From contig JADIIX010000042.1 in assembly GCA_027604505.1 (NCBI GenBank), positions 62,001-126,000 on the forward strand: a DNA stretch of 64,000 bases, in the 5' to 3' direction. This DNA comes from Gonapodya sp. JEL0774 (lineage: Eukaryota). Under the pieces are notes generated by a model, which did not search any database, was not told the DNA's origin, and saw only the letters and a program-made list of their open reading frames with translations. The translations under genes and the position numbers were made by a program. Below, in pieces: positions 1-12,680 of this stretch. How positions within the stretch are numbered: position 1 is the first letter of the stretch; each line of letters begins with the position of its first letter.

Positions 1-482
1 AAAGATTGACCAGGATGCAGAATGCCCTACCTGCTACGAGAAGCTCGTCGTGAGTCTTGACAACTATCCCCGTAAAAATGTTGAAACCCGTAGCAAAAGT
101 TTATTATGTGAATATCTGCCAGGATCCGAACAGACCAACAGCGTGGTGCTTGACCTGCCGCAACAGTATACACAAAGATTGCCTGGGAACGTGGAGGGAC
201 GCCTGTAGATCTCAACACAAACCAGTTACATGTGTTTATTGCCGTTCAGAATGGATTGAACTGAGTGTGGGTGGGGACCGGGCAGCTGTTGCCAAAGTGG
301 GAGAAGATGGTTACATCAACCTTGGAAGAGCTGCGGGACTCCCCACTACCAGAGGTGTGTTGTTCTTTTGTCATCGAAGGCGTGCTCAGATTTCGTGAGG
401 ACTTTTCTTGTTGGAAACATTTACAGATACTTCCACGTATAGCATTTGGTCTGGGTTGTCTGGAGAGAGATGGGGCTACTGA
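1..482 (+). CDS. RING-finger protein, 3' part only (SWIM/RING-like); 5' end lies outside the window
   Basis: Spliced reading gives ECPTCYE...WCLTCRNSIHKDCLGTW...CVYCRSEW...EDGYINLG...DTSTYS; GT-AG introns at about 50-122 and 355-426; stop TGA at 480-482. Confidence 0.7.
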
Positions 483-1022
483 GTACTAAAGCGGGCACTC
501 GGAACTATGCATTTCATTTTGATGTTGTTGATTCGAATCCATTCTTTTCGGTCAGATTTTATTGTATTTTAAAACTTTTTTCATGGCTGCGGTCCCCAGC
601 GGCCTTGGAGCAACTCACGAAGTTGGTGAAAGGGACGCCAAAAGACGTCTTTGGCTTCATGCACCTGAACTCGTTGGGGCATCGGTAACTGATCCACTCA
701 GACCAGGAAAAACGCAGATTCGCGTGGTGGTAGCTGGTTCGTGAAGCACGATGGAAGTAGTGTAATATAGAATTTACATTGTTCTTTGGGTATTCGGATA
801 TCAAGACATCGGCATCATTCACATTGTCTCATGCAATTTTCATTTTCATTTGTGCGCGATAACAGATCTCAATACATTCAAAAGCGCCGGTAAAATTAAT
901 GAATGTCGAACAGACGTGTTGTAGTCCCTCCAAATTCATTGGACCCACTCTTTCCAGTTTCGCTACTTTTCAGGGAGCAAGTGAGAGAACGGGCTGGGGG
1001 CGGTGAAGGAGGTGCTCCCCAT

Positions 1023-4000
1023 TCATGCGTGGGTGTTCAAGTATGTTGTGTTACTCGCTCCATTTGGTGATTGCTGGTACAGTATCTGCAATGCGTGATT
1101 CTTCTCCTGCGATGGTATTGTTATGAAAAAATCATGATCAACTAAGGGATTCAACATAGAGCAACACTCAAAACTCACTGCAAGCAGGTGAGTCACATTC
1201 TGCTCGTTCCGCACCCAAAAGGATTCCAATTGTGTCAAGTGAGCAATATGGATATCTAAATCTTCAACAACTTGAACCAAGTCCTCCAGGCGACCCCGTA
1301 TCCTCGCCACATGCACAAGCCCTGCCCTATATATGGCAGTCATCTCGAGGCACGAGCTATGATATGAAGCCGTTTCCGACAGGCGGAGCAAATCCGTCAC
1401 TCCTCTTGCATGCGCAACTGCATTGTGGAACGCCAGTGAATTGAGCCATTGTGGAGGTGAGACTCCCAAGGTCAGAGTGAGCGGAGATGAAATCGTAAGA
1501 CCGATCAAATCGTACAGGAGCGATATGCGGCGAAAACTCGGGTTTGACCACGTTGGGTTCGAATACGTCGCAACGAGTTCAAAGCGCCATTCAGCAAGTC
1601 GCTGGACAAACAGATTGTATCCGGGAAAAGCTGCTGGATTCGATGGATCGAAACCAGAGACCACAGCGTGCTTCCTAGTTTCCAGGAAGTTAGAAAGAAT
1701 CTAGCAGTGGGGAAGCGAAGAATTGTGCAGTGACAGCTATCACACTAGAAGATGTTGCTTTCGACTAAATGGAATCCTGACCTGATAGAGTCCAGGCATG
1801 TTGACAATTGTGGTGAAGGCAGCATTTGGTGACGTGCCCAAGTATCCTTCCCACTTAATGTTTCTGCCGATTAATGAACATGGAAGAAGAAGAAGAACAA
1901 CAGGGATGTAAGTATCTGATCTTGCTTCTACCAATCAAAGACGAGGAATGCAACTTCAGCAACTGAAAATCACGAGCAATCTCTGCATCTACAACGCAGC
2001 GCTAGTCTGCAGTAAAACCGTGCCAACCTACTCACAGAGTGGCCGGTCTGAGAGAAAACTCGGATTCTTCAATTAAAGGCATTCTATCGTCAATGAGTGA
2101 GGATTGGCGATCGTACAGGTACACTGTAGCGTTTGTGTCACATACAAGGAATTCAACCACACGATGCGGAACAGATGAACAGATGAACGTGTGAAGGAAG
2201 GCACGCTAAATGGGTGAGAAGAGAGGAATTGACCGATTACCCACCACTCCATCCTGTCCTCCTTCTGACTTCGTCGCTAACGGATTGCTCGGATTCGCTC
2301 ACATCGTCGCTTCGCATCACGGGGCTCTCTTTGAATAGTTCCATCCTGTGTATAATGAGAATGGCCAAACGGACCATCCCACGACCCAAAAAGGAATTTG
2401 ACATTATTTACAGCTTCGATGATTCCACCACACAAAAAACCCCATCAACGGCACCAGAGAGCACTCACTCTCGAGCAATCTTCACTGCGACCCTCATGAG
2501 AGGCAAAGTTACGTTCGGGAATCTCAGTGTCGCATACCGGGCCAGAAACAAGACTGCTTCCACATGCTCCAACGCGCTTCTCCCCGGCTGCGCATCCGCC
2601 AGTGCGGCCGTGGTCCTCATCGCTCGAGCGAAGTAGTGGTCTCCGAATCGCTTGCTGACAGCCGGGGGTAGCAAGGCGTGTGTGGCGGGGGACCATGCGT
2701 GCACCGTTGCCTGAGCGGCACCAGTGGGGAGGAAGTGGAACGAGGAGCGGTCCGGGTCGGTGCGGAGGGCGGTGTGTGACAGTGCGCGGCGGATCTCCGG
2801 GGCGAGGCAGGGGAGGTTGGGTTGGCCGGAGACCATGGCGCCAATACAGAGGAGGGAGTTCATGAGGTAGTGGTTGGGACGGGTGAAGGAGGAAGGCAGG
2901 AATGATGGAGAGGTTGGACTAGCGTAGCGTAGTATGGGGAATGGACGCCAAGTGTAAGGGAGTCCAGCAGAGAAGCGTATGATGGAGAGTTCGTGCGGAG
3001 AAAGCAGTGCCGTGCCACACGTGGTTGAAAAGCAGTAGCATGGGTGTGGGGAGTGGAAGTGCAGGAACAAAAGACGAGCGTATCACTAGGAGAACGTACA
3101 AATCGCGCTAAGGATTTCTGTGCAGTGTGAACAGATTCATCGACTGAACACACGGGTCCCACAAAAAGTAATCACATTGTCCCACCTCCTCCCTCAAGCC
3201 ACACCCTGACGTTCACCACCCATTCTTGTTGCCCGCTCCTCCATCTCACCACCTCCAACCCCAAACCCCCTCTTCGAAACCTTGACTCACTAAATATGCC
3301 TATAAAGCAAAAAGTATGAAAAGGACCTCAAGAGGAACAGGCTAGCGACCTCGTTGTTCGGCACTGAGACGTAGTACCCAAACCAGAGACGGCGGGGAAT
3401 CGTAGGGGAGAGTGCGAGGTGATGTGGGAGGTGGGGTGGGTTTGAAACGCGGTTGTTAGAGAGTTGCGGCAATCGGTGTTCTTTCTCCTTCTCCCCCCGA
3501 TTTTGACACCCCAACTGCATCCAAGCAAAATACAATATCAATATTCAAAGCCTGACTCACCCGGTCCCAAATCCTCGAATCCGGTCAGATGCAGCGCGAA
3601 CGGATCTGGAAGTGGTGGTACGCGTGAGACGGGGCTCGGGATGTCGAGGTCGAGGTTGGGAGTGGGGACAGCGGCGGTGGAGGCAGGGGCGGGGGTGGTG
3701 CCGGGAGTGGAGAAGTCGAGGGTTCGAGCTTGCGGTTGGGACTCGGGACGCGAGTTTGGATGGGAACTAGACTGGGAGTGTGGTTGGGACGCCTTGAGCT
3801 GCCTTGCTTTGTCAAGGGAGACGGGTAGAGGGCGCTGGAGGAGGTAGTGGGGCTGGAGCTGGACAGATGCGTGGCCCTCGCACTCGAAGTCGCCCACGGG
3901 CGAAGACGCGCACGGGGACCGCCACGGGTCTCCAAACGCGGTTTCCACCGCGCAGCTCTGTGGACGGTCATCGTGTGGCGATTGGGTGTGAAGGTGGTTC

Positions 4001-5507
4001 GTGGCCTCTGTATCTGCGGAAACAGACGAGTCCTGCCCGTAAGGAGACAGCGAGTGTGGAGTGTGATCGGTGGCGACGTGAGGCAAAACTATTGGTGCGT
4101 GAGATAGTGTGGGTGTGGGTGTAGGTGCTGGTGCTGGTGCTCGGGTGGAATTGTATGTGGATGTTGTCGTGGCCGAATCCGACTGGCATGTTGGTCGAGG
4201 TCCGGGTCCTGGATGGATCGCAGTGGGTCCGCTTGCGGCTGCTGCTCCGAATCCGGAGGAAGATGGAGAGGAGGAGGATAAGGAAGGATACGTGGGTGCG
4301 TCGGGTGCACCAGGCTCGTCAGCGGAACGTGGAGTGTCATCCACGGCTGCCACGATCGAGTGCGGACCCATGACCACCGAGCCCGCGACCCAGTCACGGT
4401 GCGTGTGCGCATCGACATATGCGTTCGAGTCGGAAAGAATGAATCCCGCCAAGGCCTCAAAATAAGTTTCCAGACGGGAGAGGGCGGCGTCAACGAGATC
4501 AAAGGTTGGTTTGGCGGTGGAGGAGGAGGGCTCCACAAAGGGCACCTGATGCGGTGCTTGTCGTTGTGAAGGTGCGGTGGTGGTGTGATTCTCGGTCGGG
4601 TTTCCAATATGGGCTCTACTGGTTGGGGAGGCGATCGGAGAGGTGCTTGTTGCAGTGGAGGTAGAGGCAGCAACGTGAGCACGAAGAGCGTCGAGGCGGA
4701 GTATGCGGGAATAGAGGCCGGATTCGAGCCAACCCTTTTTTGGACCGGGTTTGCGGAGGATGCGCACTTTGTTCAGGAAAGGCAAGTTGCAAATAGTTGG
4801 AAGGAGTCAAGATGGATCAGGGAAAGTGGTAGGGTACATTTGGGACGAGTTTTTTTTTGGAGGGGGGATAGAACAATATCATTGACTTGGTGACTGTATC
4901 ACTCGGACAAGAAGAAGTGGTGGTGAAAGTGACTCACCCGCAGTGCAGGGAATATTTTTGAAGATGCAACGTGCGCAAGGATCATTCATGTCACTAGAGG
5001 GTGCAAGAAAAGAGACAAGAGCGCAAGTTATATGAGTTTGTTGAATCGAGTATGAGTGTGGTGAACGAGTGTGCGCGTGTCCATGCCCACCATCGTTCGC
5101 TGTGTTTAGGTTTGGTGTCGAGTTCGATTACGGCACAAGCGGGATGAACACAAAGCAGGGTGGAGAGAACAGATCCAAGGAGTGGCAGAGATGAATTGCT
5201 TAACTGTGGGAGGGGAAGGAAATATGGGCGGACGGACAACACTCACCGGATCGATCGACAGCCATCACAGGGCTTTTGAAATGCAGCAGCACCAGCGCGT
5301 GATGGACGGGGACATTCGTAGAACCGGGCGCAAAACGAGACATAGAGTCGGAAAGTGCAACATGGACACGCTGTCCACACAGGAGGAACCCACGATGGCA
5401 CGCTTCCCCGGACTGTGCGGTATCTGTGCATTCTGCTGATTCTTGACGTCACTGTATTTTAGCGTTGGGTATGGCGAGTATTTTGGATCAGTCCCCAATG
5501 GCGGCAT
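1023..5507 (-). CDS. Zn2Cys6 binuclear-cluster transcription factor with fungal TF middle-homology region (multi-exon)
   Basis: Exons 5247-5272, 5091-5099 and 4938-4993 splice to PCDGCRSIRERCDMNDPCARCIFKNIPC, followed by RKPGPKKGWLES; downstream exons (VEAVLFLARYA, ARESGLFK, RRTGWSG, HSSCLEMTA) match the paralogue at 21057-23802. Confidence 0.85.
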
Positions 5508-5937
5508 CTGTCTGACAGTGGGAGACGATTCCCTCGGTTCTGCTTCCAGGTGTTTAGAAACTGAGTGTCCTTCTAAGGTCCGGTCTGTCCCTTCCCCCTA
5601 TTAAGAGCCCCTCGCCATGCAAAACTTTAAATTGGGGGTTTGATGAATTTACTAAGTCCAAATTGCTTTAGTTTATTGGATATCGTGCGATGCTAGACTG
5701 ATGGTGATATTCCAACGCCGATAGTATCGGGTATGGACAGCTTCGTGATCCAATGAGAAACGGGCTGCACCTCCGTGCCGCGCCGTGCCGTGCAGGGATA
5801 TCAAACCTTGGTATGCACTTGCTTTCCACCATGACGAGCCCTGGGTCCTTTGATCCGTCCGGGTTGCCTGCACCGTCTGTTGAGCAGACACTGTACACAC
5901 TGTGGCGTCCACTGTCCTTCCCCACTGTCTCCCGGTG

Positions 5938-8597
5938 CTATGTATCCTCTCCACTATTTCTATGCACATGGTTCCGCATCTGCTCCGGAACCCCTCCTCC
6001 TCTCACCGCCACACTCGGACTCCCAGCCTCATCACCCACCGCATCCCCGTAAACATCATTCGAGCTGACCTTGGCCTTGGAGTGCGCAATTCCGTTCCCA
6101 CTTGCACCTTTGTTGGCTTCTCCGTGTCCATACACATTCTCGCCTGCTCCGTCGTCCGGCTGGTCCCGCAGCTCCACACCCAGCATAGCGTACCGTGCCG
6201 ATCCACTTCCACTTCCCCGCCCTGACCACGGCCAGACTCGCCGCCCAAGCCACCCTAGAGTGTCATGCCAACGCATCCCGGTCGGCCCACTATCGTCGTC
6301 GGACCCGCGGGTCAGGTTGACGTGTTCAGAGTGCCCACCCACGTTTGACCCTGCTGCTCCCTTGGTGCCAGAAAGAGTATGCACCACCGAGAGCACATCA
6401 TCGACACACCCTAAAGGTGCACAAACAAACGTGCCGAAAACAAGCCATATCAAGCAAAAGTGAGAAAAGAACCATCACTTAAACAGCGTCGCAGCCTTCC
6501 CCCGAAACACATATTTCACCCGCCTCACCTCGCCACTCTCCGCGATTCCTCACCCCAACCCACCACACCACACACCCGCTTGCCAACACCCCACCGCTCG
6601 CCAGACCCTCCCTCGGCGCGCCCGCCACGCCCACGACGACCAGCATGACCGCGGTTGCCAAGAACGTCCCCACCACGACAGCAGGCGCGCGGTACGGACG
6701 GACAAGGTGGGCGTGCGTCGTGCGCAGCCGGATAAGTGAGAGGGTTGTCGTGGTGTAGGAGAGCCAGCCGGTGGGAGCAAGCCTGGCGGGCGCAGGTGGA
6801 ACGGTTGCGCAAGTGAGGTTGGTGGGCGGAAACGATCAAATGCAAACGCAAGGGTCTCAAACTACGAGACTTCGCCGACACACTGCTTCCAAAGAGACGC
6901 TCTTCACTACCCACAAGTTGACCAACCCCTCATATGACCCGGCGAGCACGAGCGCCGAGCTGATCACCGCCTGCAGGATCAGTGCTCGAACCGGTATTCC
7001 CGTTGTGGGGTCCACCACCGCAAAGTACTTTGGCGCGTTTCCATCGTGAGCGACTTTGGCAAGTGTGCGACATGCGGTGAATATAGTCGCATTGCACGCT
7101 CCAAAGGTTGCGATGAGGACGATCTGAAACCACAAGGAGGCAGGTGGGGGCAGGGAGATGCGGAGTACGAGGATTGGGAACAGACGCAAGGGTTGATCAT
7201 ACGTTGCTGGGGAAGATGACCCAGCTACGCGCAAGCCTCACTCACTAGTGGAAAGAGATGCCCTGTCGCAGTCCCGAACAGCCGGACACCATAATCCTAG
7301 GCACAGGGAGTCGACCAAAGTCGGCGAATAGATGTCACCAAAAATCCCCGTCAAGAGTACCACTACGGTTCCTGGAATTAATTCCCCCCACGACTACTCC
7401 ACTCACCACCACTACCACCACACTGCCCCTAACAACATCCACGCCCACGACTCCCAGATACGCGACATTCGCCAAAACATACACAGTCGTTACCAGTGCG
7501 CAGGCAATGGCGACAGCGCGAGGTACAGTCTTGCCGGGATTCTTCACTTCGCCGGCAACATTGTTCAAGTTGTTGAACCCATCGTAGGCAAAGAGGACGG
7601 AATATAAGGCCAGAGCGAACAGGCGCGGGTCAGAAGGAACCGGAGGCGGCGCGGGGAGGGCAATGAGAGGGTGGAAATAGAAGTAAGGTGCGGTCGCGCC
7701 GATGCAGAGAAGGGCAATCATCTGTTGCGTGGTAGAAAATATTGATTCGGGTGGAAACCTTACAAAAGAGACAACGAACTACTGACCTTCAAAACGGTGG
7801 AGACGTCCCCTACAACTGTTCCCCATCTACCGCTTACTGCATTGACGACAGTGAGAACAAGCACACACCCAACGGCCGACACCCTTTTCAACAAGTCGGT
7901 TATTTCCCTGTCTGAGTCGTCTCCTCGATATCCCGCCATTCTCACGAGGTATTCTCCGAACACAACGGCATCGACTGCGAAATAATAATAAGAAATGAGG
8001 TGGAACAAATCAATCGAACGCGCTCTGGGAATGACTCACCAGCAACTCCTCCGGGCCGACCGAGAAGCACAATAGTCCAGTCATACAGAAAAGAAGGCAA
8101 AGAACCAAATGCTAAATGGATATAGGTGTGGTCGCCACCAGAGTGCTGGAAGGTGGACCCAAGTTCAGAATACTTCCGAAAGATCGTTGGTCAGTGCGAA
8201 GATTCATGGCAGAGTCAGGGATTGATGGGAAAGGGGATTAAAACTCACAACTAGCCCACCAGCAATGGTTACGAGTCCTCCGATCAACCATATAAGCAAT
8301 GCGGCGGGGTAGTTCCCTCGTAGCAAATTCAAGACGACTCCTGGGCTAGCGAATACTCCCGAGCCGACAATCTGCCCCAGTACAAGACTTGTAGGTTTGA
8401 GACGTGAAAAATTCCCGTTGATGGGAAGCTCGGCGTGAGATTATGTCGCGAGTAAAGCGGGCGATGGCTTTCACTGACTTGATCGATGTGAGCAGCCCAA
8501 TCGTCCGAGGGGGCCCGGGGTGCGCAGTTCCGTTGCCATCTAGAGCAATTGCATCATCATCGTCGATATCAACGGTCTCATCGCCGGTCAATGGCAT
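5938..8597 (-). CDS. APC-family (LAT/Mup1-type) amino acid permease
   Basis: Motifs GQIVGSGVFASPG, ELGSTFQHSGGDHTY, LFAYDGFNNLNNVAGEVKNPGKTVPRA and FGACNATIFTACR; many hydrophobic segments; introns; 3' end approximate. Confidence 0.85.
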
Positions 8598-8972
8598 GAT
8601 CACGGGGATATGACTGTTGATGTACCCACTAAGCCTACACCTTCGCACAACGTGTACATGCGCACAGCCGGCTAGATTAAGCCTACTACCAAAAGCGGCG
8701 ATAAAATGTTCGAGATTAATTCCTAGGTTGATGCCGGCCAGCGAGTGCTACAACTGAGATTTCATCCAACAACAAGTGGTGGTGTTCACTCCACCGCCGC
8801 GTATCCTTAATGGTGCTGCTATTGTAGACAATAATGATCCATTAGAGCTGAATTGATTGTTGTGAGGACATCGGCACCAGGGTGATCCCTGGATGTAGTG
8901 CTGGTGAATCACTTGCTCCCGTTCAGTACTATCAGCCATGTTATAACACTATTTCATGTCAACAGAAAGTGT

Positions 8973-11900
8973 TCAAGAGTGTACTTTAGATATGAGTACT
9001 GCAACTATACTGGGATCGGCGAGAGTCGACAGGTCCCCGAGTTTAGACATTTCTCCTTCGTCGGTGCTCTTAATTTCCCCATTCGCAACCTTTCGCAAGA
9101 TTCGTCTCATAACTGCTCGCACAAATGGCACAGGGTCACGCATGAAAGGAGGTCGTCTGCTCGGGGAATCAAGGCGGTCACTCACTCTTGCCACTCCGTG
9201 TTTTCGGTAGATCTGGCGACAGCACAATTCTCTTGGGTGTCGCAAAAGGTCCGATATGTTGACGCACCTGCATGGAAGCAAAAGATTCCAATCCAATCAC
9301 GTCCCAACGTCAGATCAGACAGTGACACCCCCAATCAACCCAACGCATTAGGGAACGGACCTGCTGCACCAGCTCCTGTGTCGTCTTTTTCAGAACATCT
9401 GCTCCGTCTGGGTGTGGCATTCGGGCCACTGATGTGGCTAATGGTGAAGTGGTCGTCTGAGGAGTGTCTTTGAGAACTACATAGCAGAAGATCGCTTGTC
9501 CTGTAACATCATCGTTGATTCCAATAACCGCAGCTGTAGATTCAAGTATGAAAGCGCGGAGATTAAGCTTATCGGGACGCCGTAAATGCAAGAGGGCATA
9601 ATGAACACGTGAACATACCCTCGGCAACTTTGGGGTGTAAAATGAGCGCCGACTCAATCTCAGCGGTGGAGAGGCGGTGGCCAGAAACATTGATGACATC
9701 TTTGAAACGAATGTTGGGTCGGCGCTATTTTACCAAAAGCCCACAACCGCTCTTTCTTACCATCGACTCTACCGCGGATCCAATAGTAGCCGTCCTTGTC
9801 TCTGCAGGAAGGAATTATTACGCTCAATTCCAACCACGGAACAAAGTCATCCGAAGACCAACCTCGTGACCTTCATGATGGAAAGCATTGGGATTAGTGT
9901 CATTGCAAGATTGTTACCAAGAATTGCACACTCACACCGTCACCCGTGCTAAAAAGGCGCGTTCAATAAAAAATGCATGGGTCAGAAAACACTAGCTACC
10001 GGTCCAGACATCATTGACTTCCAAAGACCTCACAAATAGTATCCCTTGTATGGCTTCATGTACACGTCAAGGTATCTGGAGTGGTCCCCATAAACCGTTC
10101 TCGCCATGCTGGGCCATGGTCTTTGGGAAGAAAAATCGTTGGAAGAGAAATCGTTTAGAGCGCGGCACTCTCGCGCCTAACTAAGCCTTTTGGCCTTTAC
10201 AGACTTACCGTTTCAGGCATAGAACACCTGTCACATCGTTTCCGTGGAGCTCTTGCCCCGAAGTAGGGTCCAGAACAGCCGGCTCAATTCCCCAAAAGGG
10301 TATAGTCGCAGAACCGGGCTTTGTGGGGGTGACGCGGGGTTGAGGACTGATGATAATGGAGCCTGTTTCGGTTTGCCCTGGAGAGCACAGATGGAGCGTG
10401 GAAGTCCCCATAATCTCCGATTATGAAAATGCAGCAGTCGATTACTCACAGTAAGTGTCAACGATCGGGACTTTCCCCTTCCCAATCTGTTCGTGGTACC
10501 ACAACCATGCCTCAGGGCTTGAACAGAAGCAAACCACGTCAGGAAATTAGAAATTACACAAATTGAGATGCCTCTTCATACTTGATGGGCTCCCCCACGG
10601 ATCCAATGACCCTCAAAGAGTCCAACTTGTATGGTTGAACGTGCGCGTCACCTAACCTTCGGAGGGCGCGGATTGCGGTTGGAGCCGTGTAAAATTGAGT
10701 GATTTTGTGGGTGTCCTAATTCAGCGAAAATTCGTTCAACAGATTGCTTTGGATTCTCATCCTCGCTCGATAACACCCACGACTGTCTGCCAGTATCGCC
10801 CCGGGTTCGGGTAAGTGGGCATGGATTCAAAGACAACGGTGGTAGCACCGTTAAGAAGGGGACCGTACAAAATATAGGTGTGTCCAGTGATCCAACCTGA
10901 ACACACGTGGCATCCGGTTCGCTCGCAGATCGGTGAAAGTTACACGAAATTCATCAGCAGCTCACAAACGTACCAACATCAGCCATGCAACCATAAACAT
11001 CATCCGAATGCACATCAAAAATGTCCTTGACCGTCAGCGCTGCTCCTAAAAGGTAACCCGCGGTGGTGTGCAGGACACCTTTGGGTTTGCCAGTGGAACC
11101 CGACGTGTACAAAATGAACAGGGGATCTTCTGAGTTGACCAAGGCTGGTGGGCAGTAAGGGCGCTGTTTGGCAATTTCCTCATGCCACCAACGATCCCTG
11201 CCCGCATGGAACGGTGTGGCAAGGACATCACCGGTTCGCTGGAACACTAAAACTTTCTGTACACCAGGCGAAAAGAACAAATGATGAGAACTTTCTAAGT
11301 CACAAAAGGGAGTATGTTCAGCTCACCTCGACACAGGGGCACTCTGCGACAGCCTCATCCGTAATCTTCTTAAGCTGCGAACGCTTGCCCCCACGCACTC
11401 CTTGGTCTGCGGTGATGACGACCTTGCATGCGGCATCGTTGATACGGTCACGAAGAGCGTCGGCGGAAAAGCCGGCGAAGACGACGCTGGGGATAACACA
11501 TTGGTCACGAAATGCCGATTCTCATTTAATTGCGCTCGCGTTGATTGTGCACTCCTGAGCTGGCCCAGAACATATGCTTCACTGCAGATTGTGACTTCCC
11601 AAAGCAAACAGGACCAACTTTTGCGCTGGTAACCTTGTTTCAAACCTTCCCACAGCAGAGTTCCGGATTCTCTTCACGTACCTGTGGACGGCCCCAATTC
11701 TCGCACATGCCAACATCGCATACAATGCTTCCGGTACCATAGGCATGTAAATAGCAACTACATCGCCCTTTCTGATCCCGAATCCGAGCAACACATTCGC
11801 AACAAGGCAGACTTGCTTGAACAACTCCGAATAGCTGATGGTTAGATGCTGGCCAGGCTCATCAGATTCCCAAATGATGGCAGCCTGGTCGCGTTTGCGT

Positions 11901-12494
11901 GATGATGTGAAGATATTTGTGACACGTCGGTTCGGAACGAGCTGACCGACTACAAACACACCTTCTTCGGATTCTTGAGAGCCCATCGATCCACAGCATT
12001 TTCACAGGCATTGAGGTATCTGGATTTTATCCATGGAATGAAGCGTTTTTATGCGGTTTTGAACGAACTTCTGCGAGGGCTCAGAAGATCCGATAGAGCA
12101 TACATACCCATCGTGGAACCAGGAGACATCTCCGTCCTCAAATCCACCAGACCGAACAGTAGTAAATGGAATCGTCTATTTTCCGGGTACCAATCCATCC
12201 GTAATACATTTCATCGGCGAACCAAGCAGTAAATGGAGCATCAAACCGTTTCCATGAGACCGACAACCGAATCCGACTCCGCGGTAACCAAAAACGAACC
12301 CATTTCAGTGTGTCCCTGGCTGCTTTCGCCCAGAAGGCGTCACCGTCTTCAATGGACTGTTTGTACTGTGTTTCGTACTGCTTCTGGGTAGCAATGTTTC
12401 CAGTCGGCCAGCCAGGCTGTGTCTGTGGGGGAAAAGTGGGAGATTCGCCTGAAGCAGTGGTGGCAAGAAGCCCGTCATCCGCAGCGGCGGCCAT
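8973..12494 (-). CDS. ACS1: Acetyl-CoA synthetase (AMP-forming)
   Basis: Signature [19 protein letters not shown], plus [42 protein letters not shown] and [10 protein letters not shown]; many introns. ACS1 versus ACS2 cannot be resolved. Confidence 0.93.
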
Positions 12495-12680
12495 GATGAA
12501 TTCGGTGTTTTGCTTTAGATATGGCGTGAACCGAAAGTGCCGATTTGTGCACCTCAGAAAACTGTATCTATTCTTCGTTCTTCTACGTCTCCAAAATTTC
12601 ACTCAGTCGCTCTTGTCGGTGATCATCTGACGACATTTCATTTTGACAAGGCGTAATAATGGCACTTTCTACAGTACATT

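Noticed and set aside
525..830. ttcgaatcc T-loop-like motif and short ORFs between the first two genes
   Set aside because: No tRNA cloverleaf or A-box; the ORFs are short with no recognisable motif
12170..12300. ACS intron translates as [14 protein letters not shown] and shares ccatttact with the next exon, suggesting an alternative exon
   Set aside because: The match is very short and lacks convincing flanking splice sites
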